NCBI GenBank assembly: GCA_963789955.1
Contig: CAWBMV010000034.1
Location: 928,001 to 992,000, forward strand
Direction: 5' to 3'
DNA from: an uncultured Candidatus Rokubacteria bacterium
Lineage (GTDB): Bacteria; Methylomirabilota; Methylomirabilia; Rokubacteriales; CSP1-6
DNA: 64,000 bases
Position numbers and translations under genes: made by a program. The notes beneath the pieces were generated by a model, which had not been told where the DNA came from, did not search any database, and worked only from the letters and a program-made list of their open reading frames with translations. Below, in pieces: positions 18,200 through 29,149 of the stretch (position 1 is its first letter; each line of letters begins with the position of its first letter).

Positions 18200-20629
18200 G
18201 TAGTCGATGACTCCGTCGGAACACCCGGGAATTCGACCTCGGCGATCGTTCCGCCGTCGAGCAGTGAGCGAGGTAGCAGCGTCAAACGTGCTCGATGAAA
18301 ATCGGCGATCTCACGACAAATCGACAGCCCCAAGCCGGTGCCGGACGGTTTCGTCGTGAAGAAGGGCTCGAAGATCTTAGGGCGCACGGTCGGATCAATC
18401 CCTACGCCTTCGTCGAGAACTCTAACAACAATCGAATCAGCCACGATTCGGCCACCGGAGCGATCCGCTTCTATGGTGACTGTGCCGCCTTCGGGCATAG
18501 CCTCTACAGCGTTCTTTAGAAGGTTCACAAACAACTGGACAAGTTGACCAGGGTCGCCGTGAATCTTTGGCAACTCGTCCGCACAATGTAGCTCGATCTT
18601 GACCAGTTGCTCCTGAGCTGTAGGGGAGTGGATAGCGACGATGTCGTGCAGCAGCGGTGGTATTGACACGATACTCAGCTTTCCCCCCTCGCTGGGAGCC
18701 ATTAGACGAAGGCGGTCGGCAAGTCGGACGATTCGCGCAACTTCCATGGGAAGCAGTCGCACAGCTGTATCCCGATACTCGGGATCGTCGAACCGATCGG
18801 GGAGCATGGAAACTAAGTTAGAGATGGCCGCAAGGGGGTTACGAATTTCGTGCGCTATCCCTGCATAGAAACGCGCCATGATCGCGAGGTGTTCAACTCG
18901 GCGTTGATTTCTTTCGAGAGCCTTCACCGCTGAGAGATCAGTTGCAACGACCAAGGCTCCGGAAACGCGCTGTTCATCATCATGCAGGACTGCCGTTGAC
19001 AGGATCACGTGAAGGATGCCGCGGACCACGTGATCGATAGTGACCTCAACCTCCCGTGGATGCCAACCGCCACTCAAGGCGAGGACTAGAGCCCATCCAA
19101 TCTCTGACGGTAGGACGTGCATCAGGGCTCCGTGGTACTCATCGCTCAACCCCAACAATTTGGTGGCCGCTGGGTTAAAACTCGTGATTCGGCCCTCAAC
19201 ATCGATGGCTACTACTGCCGAGTCAATCGATTCGAGCAGACGATCCGAGTACTCAAGCATCTGAATGCGCTGGCGATAGAGAAGCGCATTTTCGAGCGCA
19301 ATTGAGGCAAGATCCGCGACTGACTCAATAAATCCCAGGTCGTTTTTGAAGTAAGCGTCTCCACTGCGCCGTGGACCGAGGAGTACCAAACCCAGTAGCT
19401 GGCCCCGACGACCCAGCGTCACAAGAACTTCTACGCCGGCCTCGCGAAGTGCCGCATGGGTGCGCTTGATCTCACCGACTTCTTCGCTTGGGCTGACGAC
19501 AAATACTGAAGTGCCGGGTTGCCGAGCGTGGAGTGCTGCTAGTGCTCGCGGATCAATATCTGGGGGCACGTCCGGTGAAAGGCGTTCAAAGGAGTCGTTC
19601 GGAAATGACTTCACTAGTAGCGTAAATGATTCGGGTACGAGCACCTCATTTAGGATCTGGCGGAGCTCGGACGCAAGTTCCGCGGGCTGCATTAGGCGGC
19701 TCAGGCGGCGCGTCGCACCTGTGAGGGCGATAGAGTGCTCGATGCCTCGATAGAGATACGGATCAACCAGGCGGCTGATGAAGCGTTGGGCTGGATGGGA
19801 GAGCAAGGCGAGCGCGACAATTGTGACAACCACTAGATTCGGATGCACGAACAGCGTCTCAGCCTCCCAGGCGGGCGAAATTAGTCGCGCACTGACAATG
19901 AGAACAGCTGAGGCGACTCCCATAGCAAGTGCATAGGCGAGGCCTCGGCTGATGAATAGCCGAAGGTCCATCAGTCGGTGACGAATGATTGCGTGTCCGA
20001 CCATCGCGACGAGAATCAGGCTGAAGTACGGTCCAATCCAGCTGTATGTCGAACGACCGGTCGCCATGGGTAGGACTAGGTTGGCGGAAATACCACCCAC
20101 ACCAGAAAGGATGATTCCAGCCCCGAGATATTGGAGTTGGGCGCGTGCTATGCCTCGTGCGCCCCACCACTTGACTGCAAAAACGACGATGGCGGCGACA
20201 AAGGTGATCAGGAAGTAGAAGAAGAAAACGACGTAGAGGGGGCCAGTTTGTCTGGTTAGCCCCGCTGGTGTCATCGTCGTGCCATAGACGAGCAGCGGCG
20301 TCGATAGCGCGAGGCCGGCTACCGCACTGGCAAAGATCAGAGTGCCTCTAAGGAGGGACGTGGGCGGCCAGGTGCTTAGTGTGGGATACGCCCGCATGAA
20401 GGACAGAAACGAGGCAGGAATCAACGCCGCGCCGGCGAACGTGACGCGAGCCCACGCATCTAAATGCGCACCGCTTTGGAGGCCCGTTATTCCAATCACC
20501 CAAACTGCTACGAAGAGGGTGAAAGTAGCGAAACCACCTATTGATGGCGCTCGAAGGCTGAGCAAGCCATACGAAAGCCGCAAGTGCTAGGAGTAGCGCT
20601 ACGAGTGCAACGAGCGGGACGAAAGGCAC
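18196..20629 (-). CDS. Membrane sensor histidine kinase (HisKA_7TM-type N-terminus, GAF, PAS), frameshift near the N-terminus
   Basis: Multiple TM helices, AIIRHRLMD, GIAHEIRNPL, DEGVG, GTGLGL. Confidence 0.9.
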
Positions 20630-20642
20630 CGAAAGTCTCGCC

Positions 20643-21884
20643 TCAATCCGGAGCGCCGAGAATCATGGCGAAGTGTGCTCCTCCGAGACTGTGCGAGTGC
20701 ACAAGCACTGTCCGTACCCGTGCAGTGCGATAGATGTTCGGAACATAGTCAAGATCGCATTGTGGATCTGGCATCTCATAGTTGATTGTTGGAGGGACAG
20801 CCTGGTTGCGCAGAGCAAGACAGCCTACAACGATCTGGATCGCGCTACTGGCGGCAAGGGCTTGCCCACACATCGACTTTGGTGAGGACACAGGCATGTT
20901 CCACGCGTGACTACCAAAAGCGCGTTTGATCCCAGCTGTCTCAGCGGCGTCGTAGTCTTGCATCGAATTGCCGTGAGCGCAGATGAGATCGACATCGCGC
21001 GGTGCTAGGTCGGCGTTCCGAAGCGCGCCCTCAATCGCCTGGGCGACCGCGTCACCCGTTTCGTCTACCTTGCGGAGATGGGTCCCTTCGTTGGCGCTCG
21101 AAGCACCAAGGATCTTGGCGTAGACGCGAACCCTTCGAGCCCGCGCTAGTTCCTGAGACTCTACGGTCACCACGGCAGCGCCTTCCGCCAGAACAAGCCC
21201 CGAGCGCCACATGTCAAATGGGCGGCTGGCTTCCTCTGGAGGGCCCTGCCATTTTGAAAGCACGCCGACAGAGTGAAAAACGCGCAACATGAACTCGGAA
21301 AGTGGGGCTTCCGATGCCCCGGCAACGACCGCCGTAGCACTCCCACTTGCAATCTGTTCGGCCGCCCAGCCGATCGCGTCCAAACCGGCGGCGCAGGCCG
21401 TAGCAAAGGTTGTTGTTTGACCAGTAGCGCCCGCGTGAATCGCGACATGTGCGGTCGCGGCATGTGCTGGAAACTCAAGTGCGGCCCACGGCGAGATCTG
21501 ACTTCCGCGAAGGAACGATTCGTAGTTCGGCTGCGCGACGTCGATGTGTCCGTTTAGAGAAGTTCCAATCGCAACTTTGACGCGGTCCGATGGAACACCG
21601 GCGGTATCGAGACCACTGTCACTCCGAGCCATCTTGGCTGCGGCAACCGCAAATTGGCTGAATCGCGCAGTCGTCTTAACCTCGCGCGCGGGCAGCCACT
21701 CAAGAGGGTTGAAGTCGTGGACCTCCCCAGCGAGTCGGCACTCCGGCGGCAACTTCGAACTATCGAACAGCGTCGGCCGGCCGATGCCCGAACGCCCCGC
21801 CAGTGCGGATTCCCAGAACTTGTCGACGCCGATGCCAATGGGGGAGACGATTCCGAGTCCGGTGATGACGGGTTGGTGCCTCAT
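20643..21884 (-). CDS. Beta-ketoacyl synthase (FabF-fold) family protein with atypical active site
   Basis: TACAAG, SRPFD, EGAA, AHGNS, KSMCGQ, SHSLGG. Confidence 0.9.
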   Translation of the reverse strand: MRHQPVITGLGIVSPIGIGVDKFWESALAGRSGIGRPTLFDSSKLPPECRLAGEVHDFNPLEWLPAREVKTTARFSQFAVAAAKMARSDSGLDTAGVPSDRVKVAIGTSLNGHIDVAQPNYESFLRGSQISPWAALEFPAHAATAHVAIHAGATGQTTTFATACAAGLDAIGWAAEQIASGSATAVVAGASEAPLSEFMLRVFHSVGVLSKWQGPPEEASRPFDMWRSGLVLAEGAAVVTVESQELARARRVRVYAKILGASSANEGTHLRKVDETGDAVAQAIEGALRNADLAPRDVDLICAHGNSMQDYDAAETAGIKRAFGSHAWNMPVSSPKSMCGQALAASSAIQIVVGCLALRNQAVPPTINYEMPDPQCDLDYVPNIYRTARVRTVLVHSHSLGGAHFAMILGAPD

Positions 21885-21945
21885 TGCTTGGCTAACCCCC
21901 GCTGATGCTGGGCGCGCATTTCCACCGAAATTCCCAGCATTTACG

Positions 21946-21964
21946 TTAGCAGGTGACCTGTCAA
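21946..21964 (-). promoter_or_regulatory. -35 TTGACA overlapping a near-palindrome (CAGGT-N-ACCTG core) upstream of the ketosynthase operon
   Basis: ttagcaggtgacctgtcaa. Confidence 0.45.
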
Positions 21965-22015
21965 ACGGCCAAGTTCCCTCGTGAGAGGCTGCTAGAATAG
22001 GTGAACCTGAGAGAC

Positions 22016-22813
22016 ATGTCCAGGCAGGTCATCGGGCGTCGCGATTTCTTAAGCCTTCCGCTAGCTTTCCTTCTGGCGCCCCTCGCCCGGGCCTCGGCCG
22101 ACACAGTGGCACACACGGCTCCCTACCGGGTGGACGTGAGGCTGCTCTACGGCGCGCTGACCTATCGCATCGACGAGACCCTCGCGGAGTCCATCGATAG
22201 GTCGGCTGGTCGTTACGAGGTGGCGATGACCGGGGAGGGGGACGGCATCGTGAATCGGATCGAGTCGTCGGGAGCGCTGCGCCAGGGGCGCTGGGCCCCG
22301 TTCCGCTCACGGTCCTTCTTCTCCGTGAAGGGGCGTGAGTCTCGCGGCGACGTCACGTACGACTACACCGCACGCAGGATCGACTACCACTTCAAAGGTG
22401 AAACGTTCTTCCTCCGGCGTCTGCGTGTCGTCGACGACTCCCTCCCGATGCCGGATGGGTTGCTCATCGACGACGCGATCAGCGCGACGCTCAACTACGC
22501 CGACCAGCTCTGGCGGCCCCAGACCGACGGTGATCTATTGACGCACATCGTCCGACGGAAGATCGCGAGCAACGAGGGGCCCGACGACGTCCAGGCGCAG
22601 TACCGCGCCGAGCTGGCGCCGTTGACGCTCAAGGTGGCTGTCGACGCCGAGACGCGCAAGCCGACCGCGCGATTCGATCTCACGCGGTTCTCGTCGTGGG
22701 CGAGGCAGAGTCAGCCGGCGCTGATCACGTTCGGCACCGATCGGCGGCCGGAGCACTTGAATCTGCCGATGATCCTCGGTACGTCCGTCCAGATCAGCCT
22801 GAAGACCGGATAG
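22016..22813 (+). CDS. Exported hypothetical protein (Tat-like signal, DUF3108-like)
   Basis: GRRDFL twin-arginine motif followed by a beta-rich body. Confidence 0.7.
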   Translation: MSRQVIGRRDFLSLPLAFLLAPLARASADTVAHTAPYRVDVRLLYGALTYRIDETLAESIDRSAGRYEVAMTGEGDGIVNRIESSGALRQGRWAPFRSRSFFSVKGRESRGDVTYDYTARRIDYHFKGETFFLRRLRVVDDSLPMPDGLLIDDAISATLNYADQLWRPQTDGDLLTHIVRRKIASNEGPDDVQAQYRAELAPLTLKVAVDAETRKPTARFDLTRFSSWARQSQPALITFGTDRRPEHLNLPMILGTSVQISLKTG

Positions 22814-23758
22814 ATGCACGACCTCGTCACGCTCGGCGAGGTGCTGCTGCGGCTCGCCGCCCCCTCGCCGGCTCGCTTCGAGACGGTTCGCCAGCTCGAT
22901 CTGCAGTTCGGCGGCGCCGAGGCCAACGTGGCGGCCGCCTGCGCCCGCCTCGGTCTTCGCACCGGGTGGATCTCCGCGCTTCCGGCGAATCCGTGGGGGG
23001 AGCGCATCCGGCGCGAGCTGACCGGTCACGGCGTCGACTGCGGGCACGTGCGCATGACGGAAGGGACGCGCGTCGGCGTCTATTTCCTCGAGTATGGGGT
23101 CCCGCCGCGCCCGGTTCACGTTCTCTATGACCGACGAGATTCCGCGTTCGCCCGGCTGACGGCCGCGCAGGTGGACTGGGAGCCGGTCCGGCGCGCGCGG
23201 CTGGTGCACCTCACCGGGATCACGCCGGCGCTCGGTGAAGCACCCCGCTCGCTGGTCGAGCGCGCGCTGGCCGAGGCGACCACGGTGTCCTTCGACATCA
23301 ACTATCGCGCGACGCTCTGGTCGCCGGCGGAGGCCCGCGCGTTCCTCGAGCCCGTGCTGGCCCGCGTGCGCTACCTCTTCATCGGCCAATCCGAGGCACA
23401 GACGCTCTTCGGCTTCGCCGGGTCACCCGAGCAGACCCTCGACGCTCTCGCCCGGCTCGCGCCCAAAGCCACGATCAGCGTGCAGCGGGGCGAGGAGGGC
23501 TCGATCGTGCTGGATGGCGGTCGACTCTTCCGGCCGACTCGGCGTGTCGCGGTCCAGATGGTCGATCCGATCGGCGCCGGAGACGCGTACGCGGCGGGAT
23601 TCCTCTGGGCCACGCTGAGCGGGCGCGACTTGCAAGAGGCTATCGACGCGGGCACCGCGGTGGCGGCGATCAAGTGCTCGACGTGGGGAGACATCGCGCT
23701 CGTCAGCCCACGGGACGTCGCCGACGTCCTCGCCGGGGGGCCCGACGTCCGTCGTTGA
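22814..23758 (+). CDS. PfkB-family sugar kinase (2-keto-3-deoxygluconate kinase-like)
   Basis: GGAEANVA, FDINYR, DPIGAGDAYAAG. Confidence 0.9.
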   Translation: MHDLVTLGEVLLRLAAPSPARFETVRQLDLQFGGAEANVAAACARLGLRTGWISALPANPWGERIRRELTGHGVDCGHVRMTEGTRVGVYFLEYGVPPRPVHVLYDRRDSAFARLTAAQVDWEPVRRARLVHLTGITPALGEAPRSLVERALAEATTVSFDINYRATLWSPAEARAFLEPVLARVRYLFIGQSEAQTLFGFAGSPEQTLDALARLAPKATISVQRGEEGSIVLDGGRLFRPTRRVAVQMVDPIGAGDAYAAGFLWATLSGRDLQEAIDAGTAVAAIKCSTWGDIALVSPRDVADVLAGGPDVRR

Positions 23759-23800
23759 GCCGCGCCGGATGACGACTCGCCTGTTATAGTCGGATACGGC

Positions 23801-26767
23801 ATGGCGGGTGAGCGGATCCTCGACGGCCTGAACGACGCCCAGCGCCAGGCCGTCACGCACGACGCCGGGCCCCTCCTGATCGTGGCCGGCGCCGGCACCG
23901 GCAAGACGACCGTCATCACCCGCCGCATCGCCTGGCTCATCGCCCAGAAGAAAGCCCGCCCCGAGGAGATCCTCGCGCTCACCTTCACCGACAAGGCCGC
24001 GGCCGAGATGGAGGAGCGCGTCGACACCCTGGTGCAATACGGCTACGCCGACGTGGAGATCTCGACGTTCCACGCGTTCGGCGACCGAATCCTCCGTGAG
24101 CACGCGCTCGAGATGGGGCTCCAGCCCGACTTCCGCGTCCTCAACCGCGCCGAGCAGGTCATCTTCTTCCGCGATCGCCTGTTCGAGTTTCCGCTGGTCC
24201 ACTACCGGCCGCTCGGCGATCCGACGCGCCACATCCGCGCGCTCATCACGCTCGTCAGCCGCTGCAAGGACGAGGACATCACGCCCGAGGAGTATCTGGC
24301 GTACGTCGAGCAGCTCGCCGGCGAGGTCGCCGCCGCCCCCGACTACGAGGAGGCGCGCGAGCGCGTGGCCCAGCAGCGCGAGCTGGCGGCCACCTACGCC
24401 AAGTACCAGGAGCTGATGGCGCGCGACGGCTGCGTCGATTTCGGGGACCAGATCGTGCTCGTCTTGAAGCTCTTGCGAGCGCGCGCCAACGTGCGCGCCG
24501 GGCTGCAGCGCCGCTTCAAGTACATCATGGTCGACGAGTTCCAGGACACCAACCACGCGCAGTTCGAGCTGGTGAAGCTGCTGGGCGCCCGCCACGGCAA
24601 CGTGGCGTGCGTGTGCGACGACGACCAGGCTATTTATAGGTGGCGCGGGGCCGCGATCTCCAACGTGCTCGCGTTCCTGGACCGGTATCCGGAGGCGCGG
24701 CAGGTGGTGCTCACCGAGAACTATCGGTCACACCAGAAGATCCTCGACGCCGCCTATCGCCTCATCGTCAACAACAATCCCGATCGCCTCGAGGTGCGCA
24801 GCGGCATCAGCAAGCACCTGATCGCGGTGCACGAGCCGGACGGGCCGGCGCCGATGCACCTGCACTACGAGACCGGCACGCAGGAAGCCGACGCGGTCGC
24901 CCATGCGATCCGCGAGAAGGTGGACGCCGGGCGCTGGCGTTACGACGACGTCGCGATCCTCGTCCGCTCCAACGACGACGGCGACCAGTTCCTGCGCTCG
25001 CTCAACCTCCAGGGCATTCCGTGGACGTTCTCGGGTAACTCCGGGCTCTACGGGCGTCCGGAGATCCGGCTGCTGATCGCGTTTCTCCGCGCGCTGGTCC
25101 ACACCGATGAGTCGGTGAGCCTCCACTATCTGGCGTCGTCCGAGCTCTACCACGTGCCGGTGGTCGATCTCACGCGCTGCTCGACCTACGCCGATCGCCG
25201 GCACGTGCACCTCTTCGACGTGTTCCGGAAGACCGAGACGATCCGCGAGCTGCGCGACGAGATCGGCGAGGAAGGGCACGCCGCGATCGGGCATCTCGTC
25301 CAGGACCTCGAGCGCTACATGGAGCTCGGGCGCGAGATGCCGACGGGTGAGCTCCTGTATCTGTTCCTCAAGGACTCCGGCTGGCTCGGCCGGATGTACC
25401 GCGAAGAGACGGCGCGCGACGTGGCGGAGAGCAAGAACATCGCGAAGTTCTTCGACCGGGTCAAGTCGGCTTCGCACGCCCTGCGCTACGACAACGTGCG
25501 AGAGTTCGTGAAGCACCTGGACGAGCTGATCGACGCCGGCGAAGACCCGGCGGTCGCCGAGGCCGACATCGAGACGCCGGCCGTCCGCGTCCTGACGATC
25601 CACAAGGCCAAGGGGCTCGAGTTCCCCATCGTGTTCCTGGTGAACCTGGTCCAGGAGAAGTTCCCGCTGCGCCGCCGCCGCGACCCGCTCGAGCTGCCGG
25701 TCGCGCTGATGAAAGACGCCGTGCCGACCGGCGACTTCCATCTGCAGGAGGAGCGGCGCCTCTTCTACGTCGGCATGACGCGCGCGCGCCACGAGCTGTT
25801 TCTCACGAATGCCAGCGACTACGGCGGCAGCCGCCAGCGCAAGACGAGTCTCTTCGTGCTCGAGGGCCTCGATTTGCCGCGCGATGCCAGCCGCCCGTTC
25901 CGGGTGCGGCCCGTCGAGGAGATCGAGCACCACGCGCCGGCGGCCGAGATCGAGGACGCCGCGCTGCAGCCGCTCGCGCCGGACGTCGAGCTGAACCTCA
26001 GCCACAAGCAGATCGACGACTATCAGACGTGTCCGCTGAAATACTTCAACGTCCACGTGCGGCGCATCCCGATCCGCCGCCATCACGCGGTCGCCTACGG
26101 CGCCGTCATGCACAAAGTCGTCGAATACTATTTGCGCCGCCGGGTCGTCGGAAACTACACGCCGCTCGACGATCTGCTGGCCGTCTACGACCGCGCGTGG
26201 GCCGGCGAAGATATCATCCACGACCGCCCGGGCAGCCACGAGCCGGCCGAGGGCTTTCTCACGCGCGAGCACGAAGAGGCGCGCCGGGCGGCCGGCCGCG
26301 AGGCGCTCCGGCGCTTCTGGAATCACGAAGAGGCCGAGGGCATCAAGCCCACGTGGATCGAGAAGGAATTCGGCTTCGCGCTCGGGCCCGACCGCGTGCG
26401 CGGGCGTTACGATCGTGTGGACGAGGATCTCCTGGGCGCGGTGATCGTCGACTACAAGACGACCGAGATCAACCGTCAGAAGGACGCCGACCGGCGGGTG
26501 ACCGAGAGTCTCCAGCTGAAGATGTATGCGCTGGCCTGGCAGGAGATGACCGGGACCTTGCCGCAGCGTCTGGAGCTACGCTTCATCGACTCGAACGTCG
26601 TCGGGCGCCACACGCCGACCGCCCGCGATATCGACAAGGCGATCGACGCCGTCAAAGCGGCGGCGGCCGGGATTCGCGCCCGCCGCTTCGACGCCACGCC
26701 GTCGTGGGGCGCCTGCCGCTACTGCGCGTACAACCAGATCTGCCCGTTCACCGCGACGCGGGACTAG
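23801..26767 (+). CDS. UvrD/PcrA-family helicase fused to a C-terminal PD-(D/E)XK nuclease with Fe-S-type cysteines
   Basis: AGAGTGKT, VDEFQD, TIHKAKGLEF, EERRLFYV, GRYDRV..VDYK, CP...CRYCAYNQIC. Confidence 0.93.
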   Translation: MAGERILDGLNDAQRQAVTHDAGPLLIVAGAGTGKTTVITRRIAWLIAQKKARPEEILALTFTDKAAAEMEERVDTLVQYGYADVEISTFHAFGDRILREHALEMGLQPDFRVLNRAEQVIFFRDRLFEFPLVHYRPLGDPTRHIRALITLVSRCKDEDITPEEYLAYVEQLAGEVAAAPDYEEARERVAQQRELAATYAKYQELMARDGCVDFGDQIVLVLKLLRARANVRAGLQRRFKYIMVDEFQDTNHAQFELVKLLGARHGNVACVCDDDQAIYRWRGAAISNVLAFLDRYPEARQVVLTENYRSHQKILDAAYRLIVNNNPDRLEVRSGISKHLIAVHEPDGPAPMHLHYETGTQEADAVAHAIREKVDAGRWRYDDVAILVRSNDDGDQFLRSLNLQGIPWTFSGNSGLYGRPEIRLLIAFLRALVHTDESVSLHYLASSELYHVPVVDLTRCSTYADRRHVHLFDVFRKTETIRELRDEIGEEGHAAIGHLVQDLERYMELGREMPTGELLYLFLKDSGWLGRMYREETARDVAESKNIAKFFDRVKSASHALRYDNVREFVKHLDELIDAGEDPAVAEADIETPAVRVLTIHKAKGLEFPIVFLVNLVQEKFPLRRRRDPLELPVALMKDAVPTGDFHLQEERRLFYVGMTRARHELFLTNASDYGGSRQRKTSLFVLEGLDLPRDASRPFRVRPVEEIEHHAPAAEIEDAALQPLAPDVELNLSHKQIDDYQTCPLKYFNVHVRRIPIRRHHAVAYGAVMHKVVEYYLRRRVVGNYTPLDDLLAVYDRAWAGEDIIHDRPGSHEPAEGFLTREHEEARRAAGREALRRFWNHEEAEGIKPTWIEKEFGFALGPDRVRGRYDRVDEDLLGAVIVDYKTTEINRQKDADRRVTESLQLKMYALAWQEMTGTLPQRLELRFIDSNVVGRHTPTARDIDKAIDAVKAAAAGIRARRFDATPSWGACRYCAYNQICPFTATRD

Positions 26768-26768
26768 A

Positions 26769-29145
26769 TTGCCTTACGGCGAAGCCGATACCCGCGCCAA
26801 GCTGATCGACCCCAGCCTGCACGAGCGCGGCTGGACCGAAGACCTGATCCGTCGTGAAGAAACGGCTGGCGCGGTGGAGATTGTCGGGAATCGTCCACGC
26901 CGCCGCGCTCGCGGCCGCGTCGACTATACCCTCCGCGTGAAAGTGAACTCGGCGAGCCAGGCGGTGGCGGTGGCGCTGCTCGAGGCCAAGGCCGAAAATC
27001 TTCCGCCCGCTCATGGACTCGAGCAGGCCAAAAGCTACGCGGCCTGTCGCCGCCTCAACGTTCTCTTTGCCTTCTCATCCAACGGTCATCAGTTCGTCGA
27101 ATACGACAAGGCAAGCGGGCTCACCGGCACTCCTCGACCGCTCAGCGAATTTCCGACGCCCGCCGACCTGCGTGCCCGTTACGAGAGGGTGATGGGCTTC
27201 AGCCTGGAGTCTCCGGCCGCGCGGCCATTGCTCGCGCGATACCCGGGGGGCGAGGCGACGCGCCGCTACTATCAGGACGCCGCGATCCGCGCCGTGCTCG
27301 AGAAGCTGGCACGAGGCGAGCAGACGCGCGCTCCTGGCGCTCGCGACCGGATCGGGCAAGACCTTCATCGCCGTCCATCTGCTCAAGAAGATCGCCGACG
27401 CCGGACAGCTCCGACGCGCGCTGTTCGTGTGCGACCGCGATGAGCTGCGCAGCCAGGGCCTGGGCGCCTTTCAGAACGTCTTCGGCGCCGACGCGGCCTC
27501 CGTGTCGAGCGGTAACCCTCAGAAGAACGCACGCATCCTGATCGCCACCTACCAGACGCTCGACGTCGCCAACGACGACGCCGACGCGAACTTTCTCGTC
27601 GCCAACTACCCGGAGAACTATTTCAGCCACATCGTCATCGACGAGTGCCATCGCTCGGCCTGGGGCAAATGGTCGCAAGTGCTCACGCGCAACGCCGCTG
27701 CGGTGCAGATCGGCCTGACCGCCACGCCACGCCAGATCGAGCTGACGGAACGCCGCGCCGAGGCCCAGGCCGACGCGCAGATCACGGCGGACAATATCCG
27801 TCACTTCGGCGAACCCGTCTACGAGTACGACATCGCGCAGGGGATCGAGGACGGCTACCTTGCCGCGTGCGAGATCGTCCGCCGGGACATCTTCCTGGAC
27901 GACAAGCTCAGGCCCGAGCGAGAGACAGGGGTAGGAGCCGAGGATCTCGTGAGCAAACGGGTGACCGACGCGCGAACCGGCGAGCTGCTGACAGTCGCCG
28001 AGACGCGAGCCCGCTATGACGCGACGGATTTCGAGGAGCGCCTGCTTCTGCCCGACCGCGTCCACGCGATGTGCCGCGATCTCTTCCAGCACCTCCTCGC
28101 ATCGGGCGGGCCCGAGCAGAAAACCATCGTTTTCTGTGCGCGCGACCGCCACGCGGAAGACGGCGCCATCGCTCTGAATAATCTCTACGCTGCGTGGTGC
28201 ACGCAGCAGGGGAGGGCGCGCCTCGATCCCTACGCCTTCAAGTGCACCGCCGCGGGCGGCGGCGGCGACTATCTGGCAGATCTTCGCGGGGCGGCGCGCC
28301 ACCACTTCGTCGCGACCACCGTGGACCTCTTGACGACAGGCGTTGATGTGCCGTGCGTCCGGAACATCGTCTTTTTCAAGTACGTGCGCTCGCCGATCAC
28401 GTTCTATCAGATGATCGGCCGGGGTACGCGCCTCGATCCCGCGAGCGAGAAGCTCATGTTCCGCGTGTATGACTACACCGACGCCACGCGGCTCTTCGGC
28501 GAAGAGTTCAAGACCAAGTTTCGCCCGCCACGAGGGCCAGGGGGCATCGACACGCCGGAACCGTCCGAGCCTCCAGAGCGGACTCTCCAGGTGGAAGGCT
28601 TCGCGGTGCGAGTGACCGACGCCGGCCACTACATCGTCACCTCGGAGAACGGGCGCGCGGTTGCCGTAACGGTGGAAGAGTACAAGCAGCGCCTGGCGGC
28701 ACGGCTCGTTGAGGCGGCACCGACGCTCGACGAATTCCGGCGGCAGTGGATCATTCAGGCGGCGCGGCGCACCCTACTGGCCCAACTCCCCGAGGGCGGC
28801 CGCTCGGCGCTTCTCATCCGCGCGCTCGAGCACATGACGGACTACGACCTCTATGACGTGCTCGGCGAGCTTGGCTATGGCCTTGCCCCGCGTACTCGCC
28901 CCGACCGCGCCGACGCGTTCACCTACAAGCACTCAAGTTGGTTGTCAGAGTTGCCCGCGGGCACGGCGGCCACCCTCAAAGCGCTTGCGTGCCAGTTCGC
29001 CCGCGCCGGGACGGAGAGCCTGGAGAATCCGCAGGTGTTCGAGATGCCCGACGTCATCCGCGCTGGCGGCCTGCCGGCGCTCAAGACGCTGGGTGAGCCT
29101 GCCGAGGTGCTTCAGGAAACCAAAGAGCGGCTCTTCGCGGCGTGA
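26769..29145 (+). CDS. hsdR: Type I restriction enzyme R subunit (EcoAI/EcoEI-like), frameshift near 27325
   Basis: EADTR, VDY..LEAK, RYYQ, ATGSGKT, DECHRS, LTATP, QMIGRGTR. Confidence 0.88.
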
Positions 29146-29149
29146 AGTG

